DNA of 64,000 nt from the human T2T-CHM13v2.0 reference genome, Homo sapiens, in NCBI RefSeq assembly GCF_009914755.1, contig NC_060948.1; one strand, written 5' to 3'. A program made the position numbers and the translations under genes. The notes beneath the pieces were generated by a model, which was not told where the DNA came from, searched no databases, and worked only from the letters and a program-made list of their open reading frames with translations. Positions 37,376 through 48,012 of the stretch are shown here, piece after piece (position 1 is the first letter of the stretch; the number at the start of each line of letters is the position of its first letter).

Positions 37376-38751
37376 ATGGAATTGAATGGAAAGTAATGCA
37401 ATGGAATAGAATGGAACGAAATTTCACGGAATGGAATCAAACTGAATGGAATCAAATCAATGGAATCTAATCAAATGGAATGGAAAGGAATTGAATGGAG
37501 TAGATTGGATTGGATGGGATTGGAATGAAATGTACTGGAAAGGACTCGAATTTCATGAAACGGAATGGAATGAATTGGAACGGAATGGACTCGAATGGAA
37601 TGGAATGTCATGGAATGGCATCAAATGGAATGGCATCAAATGGAATGGAATCGAATGCAATGGAATGCTATGGAATGGAATGGAATGCATTGGAATGGAA
37701 TGTCCTCTAATGGAATGGATTCGAGTGGAATGGAATCGAATATAATGGAGTCGAATGAAATGGAATTGAAAGGAATGGGATCGAATAGAATGGAATATAC
37801 TGGAATGTAATGTAATGAACTCGAATGTAATTGACTGGAATGGAATGTACATGAATGGAATGTAATCGAATGGAAAGTAATCCAATGGAATAGAATCTAA
37901 TGCAATAAAATCGACTCAGATAGAGTAGAATGGAATGGAATGGAGTGCAGTGCAATGGAATGGAATGGAATGGAATGCAATGGAATGGAATGGAATGGAA
38001 TGGAATGGAATGGGATGGAATGGTATGGAATGGATATTAATGGACTGGAGTGAAATGGACTGGAAAGGAATGGACTCAAATTGAAAGGGCTCGAAAGGAA
38101 TGGAGTCCAATGGAATGGTCTGGAATGGAATGAACACGAATGTAATGCAATCCAATAGAATGGAATCGAATGGCATGGAATATAAAGAAATGGAATCGAA
38201 GAGAATGGAAACAAATGGAATGGAATTGAATGGAATGGAATTGAATGGAATGGGAACGAATGGAGTGAAATTGTATGCAGTAGAAGAGAATAGAATGGAA
38301 TGCAAGCGAAAGGAAAGGAATGGATTGGAATGGAATGGAATTCATTGGAATGGAAGGGAATGTAGTGTAATGGACAGGCCTGGAATAAAGTGGAATGCTA
38401 CGGTCTCGAATGGAATAAAAATGTATGGAATGGAATGTAATGAAACGGAATCGAATGTCATAGAATGTAATGGAATGCAAAAAAATGGAATCCAAAAACA
38501 TTGACTGGAAAGGCTGGGTGTCGAAAGGAATTGACTCCAATGGAATGGAATCGAATGGAATGGAAGTGAATAGAATCAAACTAAATCGAATGGAATGGAA
38601 TTGATAGGAACGGAATGGAAAGGAATGCAATGATTTGGCATGGAATGGAATCGAATGGCATCGAATGGAATGGAATGGAATGCAATGGAATGGAATGTAT
38701 TAGAATGTAATGAACTTTAATGGAATGTACTCGAATGGATTCGACTGGAAT

Positions 38752-38766
38752 GGAATGTTCTGGAAG
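38752..38766. promoter_or_regulatory. Perfect heat-shock element motif HSE-A (gGAAtgTTCtgGAAg), one per DYZ1 monomer
   Basis: Exact match to nGAAnnTTCnnGAAn. Copies start at 42301, 45850, 49384, 52937, 56486, 60050 and 63598 (8/8 intact). The motif match is certain; function is inferred. Confidence 0.65.
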
Positions 38767-39031
38767 TGAATGGACTCCAATGGAATGGATTCGAAAGGAA
38801 TGGAATCGAACGGAATGGAATCTAATGGAATGGAATTAAATGGAAATGAATCAAATTGAATAGCACGGAATTGAATTGAATGGAATGGAATGCAATGGAA
38901 TCTAATGAAACGGAAAGGAAAGGAATGGAATGGAATGGAATGGGCTGGAATGGAAAGGAATCGAAACGAATGGAATGGAATCGAACTGAAGAGACTGGAA
39001 TGGAATGCACTGGAATGGAAGGGAGTGTAAT

Positions 39032-39046
39032 GGAAGGTTCTCGAAA
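39032..39046. promoter_or_regulatory. Perfect heat-shock element motif HSE-B (gGAAggTTCtcGAAa), one per DYZ1 monomer
   Basis: Exact match to nGAAnnTTCnnGAAn. Copies at 42581, 46130, 49664, 53217, 56766 and 63878 are intact; the copy at 60330 has GAC in the third unit (7/8 intact). Confidence 0.65.
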
Positions 39047-40052
39047 AAAATGGTATCGAATGGAATGGAATTGAATAGAACGGAATAGAGTCGAATGGAA
39101 TTGAATGGAATGGAATGGACTAGAGTGAAATGGAATCGAACCACAAGGAATGGACAGGAATAGAATGGTCTCGAATTGAATGGAATCGTATGGAATGGCA
39201 TCAAAAGGAATGGAATGGACAGCCACGGAATGGAATGCACTCGAATGCAATGGAGTCGAAACTAATGGACTGGAATAGAATGGACTCGACTGGTACGGAC
39301 TCCAATGGAATGGAATCGAATGGAAGGGAATCGAACGGAATGGACTCGAAGGGAAAAGACTGCAATGGAAAGGTCTCGAATGGAATGGAAATTAATGGAA
39401 TGGAATGGAATCGAATGAAATGGAGTCAAAAGGAATGGAATCGAATGGCAAGAAATCGAATGTAATGGAATCGCAAGGAATTGATGTGAACGGAACGGAA
39501 TGGAATGGAATCCAAAGGAATGGAATAGAATGGAATGGAATCGAATGGAAAGGACTCGAATGGAAATCACTCGAATAGAATGCAATTTAATAAAATAGGA
39601 TCAAATGGAATGGAATGGAATGGAAAGGAATCGAAACGAAAGGAATGGAGACAGATGGAATGGAATGGAACAGAGAGCAATGGTATAGAATGGAATGCAA
39701 TCATCTGGAATGGAATTGAATGGAATGGAATAATATGAAATGGAATGGAATGGAATGGAATGCCCTTGAATTAAATGGACTGGAATGGAATGGACTCGAA
39801 CAGAGTGGAATGGTAAGTGTTGAGATAGAATGGAATGGACTCCTTTGGAATGGTCTAGTATGCAATGCAATCGACTGGCAGGGAGTCAAAAGGAATGTAA
39901 TCGAATGGATTGGACTGGAATGCAATGGACTCGAATAGATTGGAAACGGAATGCAAAGGAATGGAATGGAATAGTATGGAATGGAATGGAAAGGAATGGA
40001 GTGGAATAGACTAGAGTGGAATGGAATGGACTGGAAAGCAATGGACTGGAAT

Positions 40053-40067
40053 GGAACTTTCTTGAAT
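40053..40067. promoter_or_regulatory. Perfect heat-shock element motif HSE-C (gGAActTTCttGAAt), one per DYZ1 monomer
   Basis: Exact match to nGAAnnTTCnnGAAn. Copies start at 43602, 47151, 50685, 54238, 57787 and 61356 (7/7 intact). Confidence 0.65.
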
Positions 40068-40914
40068 GGACTGGAATCAAACGGAATGGAATGCAATGCA
40101 ATCAAATGGCATGGAATAAAATAGAATGAAAGAGAATCAAATGGAATTGAATCGAATGGAATCGAATGGATTGGAAAGGAATAGAATGGAATGGAATGGA
40201 ATTGACTCAAATGGAATGGACTAGAATGGAATGGATTCGAATGGAAGGCAAAGGAATGGAATCTATTGGAATGGACTGTAATGGAATGGAATGGAAGGGA
40301 TTGGAATGGACTCGAATGGAATGGACTGCAATAGAAAGGATTCGAATGGAATGAAAAAGAAATGAATGGAATAGAACAGAATGGAATCAAATCGAATGAA
40401 ATGGAATGGAATAGAAAGGAATGGAATGAAATGGAATGGAAAGGATTCGAATGGAATGCAATCGAATGGAATGGAATCGAACGGAATGGAATAAAATGGA
40501 AGAAAACTGGCAAGAAATGGAATCGAAAGGAATGGAGTGTTATGGAACGGACTCAAAAGGAATTGAATGTAATAGAGTGGAGTGGAGTGGACTCGAATAT
40601 AATGGACTGGAATGGAATGAAATCACATGGAATGGGAACGAATGGAATGGAATGGAAAGGAATGGAATCGAATGGAAAGGAATCGAATGGAAGGGAATGA
40701 AATTGAATCAACAGGAATGGAAGGGAATAGAATAGACGGTAATGCAATGGACTCGAATAGAATGGACACGAATTCTCAAATTGAATGGACTCGAATGGAA
40801 TGGAAACGAAAGGAATGTCATTGAATGGAATTGAATCGATTGGAATAAAATCGCATAGAATGGAGTGGAATCAAATGGAATTGAATCGAAAGGAAAGGAA
40901 GCGAATGGACTGAA

Positions 40915-43900
40915 ATGAAATGGAATGGAATTGAATGGAAAGTAATGCAATGGAATAGAATGGAACGAAATTTCACGGAATGGAATCAAACTGAATGGAA
41001 TCAAATCAATGGAATCTAATCAAATGGAATGGAAAGGAATTGAATGGAGTAGATTGGATTGGATGGGATTGGAATGAAATGTAATGGAAAGGACTCGAAT
41101 TTCATGAAACGGAATGGAATGAATTGGAACGGAATGGACTCGAATGGAATGGAATGTCATGGAATGGCATCAAATGGAATGGCATCAAATGGAATGGAAT
41201 CGAATGCAATGGAATGCTATGGAATGGAATGGAATGCATTGGAATGGAATGTCCTCTAATGGAATGGATTCGAGTGGAATGGAATCGAATATAATGGAGT
41301 CGAATGAAATGGAATTGAAAGGAATGGGATCGAATAGAATGGAATATACTGGAATGTAATGTAATGAACTCGAATGTAATTGACTGGAATGGAATGTACA
41401 TGAATGGAATGTAATCGAATGGAAAGTAATCCAATGGAATAGAATCTAATGCAATAAAATCGACTCAGATAGAGTAGAATGGAATGGAATGGAGTGCAGT
41501 GCAATGGAATGGAATGGAATGGAATGCAATGGAATGGAATGGAATGGAATGGAATGGAATGGGATGGAATGGTATAGAATGGATATTAATGGACTGGAGT
41601 GAAATGGACTGGAAAGGAATGGACTCAAATTGAAAGGGCTCGAAAGGAATGGAGTCCAATGGAATGGTCTGGAATGGAATGAACACGAATGTAATGCAAT
41701 CCAATAGAATGGAATCGAATGGCATGGAATATAAAGAAATGGAATCGAAGAGAATGGAAACAAATGGAATGGAATTGAATGGAATGGAATTGAATGGAAT
41801 GGCAACGAATGGAGTGAAATTGTATGCAGTAGAAGAGAATAGAATGGAATGCAAGCGAAAGGAAAGGAATGGATTGGAATGGAATGGAATTCATTGGAAT
41901 GGAAGGGAATGTAGTGTAATGGACAGGCCTGGAATAAAGTGGAATGCTACGGTCTCGAATGGAATAAAAATGTATGGAATGGAATGTAATGAAACGGAAT
42001 CGAATGTCATAGAATGTAATGGAATGCAAAAAAATGGAATCCAAAAACATTGACTGGAAAGGCTGGGTGTCGAAAGGAATTGACTCCAATGGAATGGAAT
42101 CGAATGGAATGGAAGTGAATAGAATGGAACTAAATCGAATGGAATGGAATTGATTGGAACGGAATGGAAAGGAATGCAATGATTTGGCATGGAATGGAAT
42201 CGAATGGCATCGAATGGAATGGAATGGAATGCAATGGAATGGAATGTATTAGAATGTAATGAACTTTAATGGAATGTACTCGAATGGATTCGACTGGAAT
42301 GGAATGTTCTGGAAGTGAATGGACTCCAATGGAATGGATTCGAAAGGAATGGAATTGAACGGAATGGAATCTAATGGAATGGAATTAAATGGAAATGAAT
42401 CAAATTGAATAGCACGGAATTGAATTGAATGGAATGGAATGCAATGGAATCTAATGAAACGGAAAGGAAAGGAATGGAATGGAATGGAATGGGCTGGAAT
42501 GGAAAGGAATCGAAACGAATGGAATGGAATCGAACTGAAGAGACTGGAATGGAATGCACTGGAATGGAAGGGAGTGTAATGGAAGGTTCTCGAAAAAAAT
42601 GGTATCGAATGGAATGGAATTGAATAGAACGGAATAGAGTCGAATGGAATTGAATGGAATGGAATGGACTAGAGTGAAATGGAATCGAACCACAAGGAAT
42701 GGACAGGAATAGAATGGTCTCGAATTGAATGGAATCGTATGGAATGGCATCAAACGGAATGGAATGGACAGCCACGGAATGGAATGCACTCGAATGCAAT
42801 GGAGTCGAAACTAATGGACTGGAATCGAATGGACTCGACTGGTACGGACTCCAATGGAATGGAATCGAATGCAAGGGAATCGAACGGAATGGACTCGAAG
42901 GGAAAAGACTGCAATGGAAAGGTCTCGAATGGAATGGAAATTAATGGAATGGAATGGAATCGAATGAAATGGAGTCAAAAGGAATGGAATCGAATGGCAA
43001 GAAATCGAATGTAATGGAATCGCAAGGAATTGATGTGAACGGAACGGAATGGAATGGAATCCAAAGGAATGGAATAGAATGGAATGGAATCGAATGGAAA
43101 GGACTCGAATGGAAATCACTCGAATAGAATGCAATTTAATAAAATAGGATCAAATGGAATGGAATGGAATGGAAAGGAATCGAAACGAAAGGAATGGAGA
43201 CAGATGGAATGGAATGGAACAGAGAGCAATGGTATAGAATGGAATGGAATCATCTGGAATGGAATTGAATGGAATGGAATAATATGAAATGGAATGGAAT
43301 GGAATGGAATGCCCTTGAATTAAATGGACTGGAATGGAATGGACTCGAACAGAGTGGAATGGAAAGTGTTGAGATAGAATGGAATGGACTCCTTTGGAAT
43401 GGTCTAGTATGCAATGCAATCGACTGGCAGGGAATCAAAAGGAATGTAATCGAATGGATTGGACTGGAATGCAATGGACTCGAATAGATTGGAAACGGAA
43501 TGCAAAGGAATGGAATGGAATAGTATGGAATGGAATGGAAAGGAATGGAGTGGAATAGACTAGAGTGGAATGGAATGGACTGGAAAGCAATGGACTGGAA
43601 TGGAACTTTCTTGAATGGACTGGAATCAAACGCAATGGAATGCAATGCAATCAAATGGCATGGAATAAAATAGAATGAAAGAGAATCAAATGGAATTGAA
43701 TCGAATGGAATCGAATGGATTGGAAAGGAATAGAATGGAATGGAATGGAATTGACTCAAATGGAATGGACTAGAATGGAATGGATTCGAATGGAAGGCAA
43801 AGGAATGGAATCTATTGGAATGGACTGTAATGGAATGGAATGGAAGGGATTGGAATGGACTCGAATGGAATGGACTGCAATAGAAAGGATTCGAATGGAA

Positions 43901-44463
43901 TGAAAAAGAATTGAATGGAATAGAACAGAATGGAATGAAATCGAATGAAATGGAATGGAATAGAAAGGAATGGAATGAAATGGAATGGAAAGGATTCGAA
44001 TGGAATGCAATCGAATGGAATGGAATCGAACGGAATGGAATAAAATGGAAGAAAACTGGCAAGAAATGGAATCGAAATGAATGGAGTGTTATGGAACGGA
44101 CTCAAAAGGAATTGAATGTAATAGAATGGAGTGGAGTGGACTCGAATATAATGGACTGGAATGGAATGAAATCACATGGAATGGGAACGAATGGAATGGA
44201 ATGGAAAGGAATGGAATCGAATGGAAAGGAATCGAATGGAAGGGAATGAAATTGAATCAACAGGAATGGAAGGGAATAGAATAGACGGTAATGGAATGGA
44301 CTTGAATAGAATGGACACGAATGCTCAAATTGAATGGACTCGAATGGAATGGAAACGAAAGGAATGTCATCGAATGGAATTGAATCGATTGGAATGAAAT
44401 CGCATAGAATGGAGTGGAATCAAATGGAATTGAATCGAAAGGAAAGGAAGCGAATGGACTGAA
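40915..44463 (+). repeat. DYZ1 monomer U2 (3549 bp)
   Basis: The same landmark recurs at 44464. Confidence 0.93.
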
Positions 44464-47400
44464 ATGAAATGGAATGGAATTGAATGGAAAGTAATGCAAT
44501 GGAATAGAATGGAACGAAATTTCACGGAATGGAATCAAACTGAATGGAATCAAATGAATGGAATCTAATCAAATGGAATGGAAAGGAATTGAATGGAGTA
44601 GATTGGATTGGATGGGATTGGAATGAAATGTACTGGAAAGGACTCGAATTTCATGAAACGGAATGGAATGAATTGGAACGGAATGGACTCGAATGGAATG
44701 GAATGTCATGGAATGGCATCAAATGGAATGGCATCAAATGGAATGGAATCGAATGCAATGGAATGCTATGGAATGGAATGGAATGCATTGGAATGGAATG
44801 TCCTCTAATGGAATGGATTCGAGTGGAATGGAATCGAATATAATGGAGTCGAATGAAATGGAATTGAAAGGAATGGGATCGAATAGAATGGAATATACTG
44901 GAATGTAATGTAATGAACTCGAATGTAATTGACTGGAATGGAATGTACATGAATGGAATGTAATCGAATGGAAAGTAATCCAATGGAATAGAATCTAATG
45001 CAATAAAATCGACTCAGATAGAGTAGAATGGAATGGAATGGAGTGCAGTGCAATGGAATGGAATGGAATGGAATGCAATGGAATGGAATGGAATGGAATG
45101 GAATGGAATGGGATGGAATGGTATGGAACGGATCGTAATGGACTGGAGTGAAATGGACTGGAAAGGAATGGACTCAAATTGAAAGGGCTCGAAAGGAATG
45201 GAGTCCAATGGAATGGTCTGGAATGGAATGAACACGAATGTAATGCAATCCAATAGAATGGAATCGAATGGCATGGAATATAAAGAAATGGAATCGAAGA
45301 GAATGGAAACAAATGGAATGGAATTGAATGGAATGGAATTGAATGGAATGGGAACGAATGGAGTGAAATTGTATGCAGTAGAAGAGAATAGAATGGAATG
45401 CAAGCGAAAGGAAAGGAATGGATTGGCATGGAATGGAATTCATTGGAATGGAAGGGAATGTAGTGTAATGGACAGGCCTGGAATAAAGTGGAATGCTACG
45501 GTCTCGAATGGAATAAAAATGTATGGAATGGAATGCAATGAAACGGAATCGAATGTCATAGAATGTAATGGAATGCAAAAAAATGGAATCCAAAAACATT
45601 GACTGGAAAGGCTGGGTGTCGAAAGGAATTGACTCCAATGGAATGGAATCGAATGGAATGGAAGTGAATAGAATGGAACTAAATCGAATGGAATGGAATT
45701 GATAGGAACGGAATGGAAAGGAATGCAATGATTTGGTATGGAATGGAATCGAATGGCATCGAATGGAATGGAATGGAATGCAATGGAATGGAATGTATTA
45801 GAATGTAATGAACTTTAATGGAATGTACTCGAATGGATTCGACTGGAATGGAATGTTCTGGAAGTGAATGGACTCCAATGGAATGGATTCGAAAGGAATG
45901 GAATCGTACGGAATGGAATCTAATGGAATGGAATTAAATGGAAATGAATCAAATTGAATAGCACGGAATTGAATTGAATGGAATCGAATGCAATGGAATC
46001 TAATGAAACGGAAAGGAAAGGAATGGAATGGAATGGAATGGGCTGGAATGGAAAGGAATCGAAATGAATGGAATGGAATCGAACTGAAGAGACTGGAATG
46101 GAATGCACTGGAATGGAAGGGAGTGTAATGGAAGGTTCTCGAAAAAAATGGAATCGAATGGAATGGAATTGAATGGAACGGAATAGAGTCGAATGGAATT
46201 GAATGGAATGGAATGGACTAGAGTGAAATGGAATCGAACCACAAGGAATGGACAGGAATAGAATGGTCTCGAATTGAATGGAATCGTATGGAATGGCATC
46301 AAACGGAATGGAATGGACAGCCACGGAATGGAATGCACTCGAATGCAATGGAGTCGAAACTAATGGACTGGAATAGAATGGACTCGACTGGTACGGACTC
46401 CAATGGAATGGAATCGAATGGAAGGGAATCGAACGGAATGGACTCGAAGGGAAAAGACTGCAATGGAAAGGTCTCGAATGGAATGGAAATTAATGGAATG
46501 GAATGGAATCGAATGAAATGGAGTCAAAAGGAATGGAATCGAATGGCAAGAAATCGAATGTAATGGAATCGCAAGGAATTGATGTGAACGGAACGGAATG
46601 GAATGGAATCCAAAGGAATGGAATAGAATGGAATGGAATCGAATGGAAAGGACTCGAATGGAAATCACTCGAATAGAATGCAATTTAATAAAATAGGATC
46701 AAATGTAATGGAATGGAATGGAAAGGAATCGAAACGAAAGGAATGGAGACAGATGGAATGGAATGGAACAGAGAGCAATGGTATAGAATGGAATGGAATC
46801 ATCTGGAATGGAATTGAATGGAATGGAATAATATGAAATGGAATGGAATGGAATGGAATGGAATGGAATGCCCTTGAATTAAATGGACTGGACTCGAACA
46901 GAGTGGAATGGAAAGTGTTGAGATAGAATGGAATGGACTCCTTTGGAATGGTCTAGTATGCAATGCAATCGACTGGCAGGGAATCAAAAGGAATGTAATG
47001 GAATGGATTGGACTGGAATGCAATGGACTCGAATAGATTGGAAACGGAATGCCAAGGAATGGAATGGAATAGTATGGAATGGAATGGAAAGGAATGGAGT
47101 GGAATAGACTAGAGTGGAATGAAATGGACTGGAAAGCAATGGACTGGAATGGAACTTTCTTGAATGGACTGGAATCAAACGGAATGGAATGCAATGCAAT
47201 CAAATGGCATGGAATAAAATAGAATGAAAGAGAATCAAATGGAATTGAATCGAATGGAATCGAATGGATTGGAAAGGAATAGAATGGAATGGAATGGAAT
47301 TGACTCAAATGGAATGGACTAGAATGGAATGGATTCGAATGGAAGGCAAAGGAATGGAATCTATTGGAATGGACTGTAATGGAATGGAATGGAAGGGATT

Positions 47401-48012
47401 GGAATGGACTCGAATGGAATGGACTGCAATAGAAAGGATTCGAATGGAATGAAAAAGAATTGAATGGAATAGAACAGAATGGAATCAAATCGAATGAAAT
47501 GGAATGGAATAGAAAGGAATGGAATGAAATGGAATGGAAAGGATTCGAATGGAATGCAATCGAATGGAATGGAATCGAACGGAATGGAATAAAATGGAAG
47601 AAAACTGGCAAGAAATGGAATCGAAATGAATGGAGTGTTATGGAACGGACTCAAAAGGAATTGAATGTAATAGAATGGAGTGGAGTGGACTCGAATATAA
47701 TGGACTGGAATGGAATGAAATCACATGGAATGGGAACGAATGGAATGGAATGGAAAGGAATGGAATCGAATGGAAAGGAATCGAATGGAAGGGAATGAAA
47801 TTGAATCAACAGTAATGGAAGGGAATAGAATAGACGGTAATGGAATGGACTCGAATAGAATGGACACGAATGCTCAAATTGAATGGACTCGAATGGAATG
47901 GAAACGAAAGGAATGTCATCGAATGGAATTGAATCGATTGGAATGAAATCGCATAGAATGGAGTGGAATCAAATGGAATTGAATCGAAAGGAAAGGAAGC
48001 GAATGGACTGAA
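44464..48012 (+). repeat. DYZ1 monomer U3 (3549 bp; compensating +10/-10 indels)
   Basis: The landmark recurs at 48013. Confidence 0.93.

Larger units (their letters stand above)
37366..40914 (+). repeat. DYZ1 monomer U1 (3549 bp, phased from the junction)
   Basis: ATGAAATGGAATGGAATTGAATGGAAAGTAATGC recurs at 40915. Confidence 0.93.

Noticed and set aside
37417-37431. Additional HSE-like sites CGAAATTTCACGGAA and CGAATTTCATGAAA (~37547)
   Set aside because: Only two of the three units are correctly spaced, so they were not counted as perfect HSEs.
37463-37473. DUX4-like motif GAATCTAATCA (and AAATTGAATCA near 40700) once per DYZ1 monomer
   Set aside because: Each mismatches the first base of the TAAYYYAATCA-type consensus, and such near-matches arise easily from GAAT/AATC pentamer variants. 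This is not supportable without binding data.
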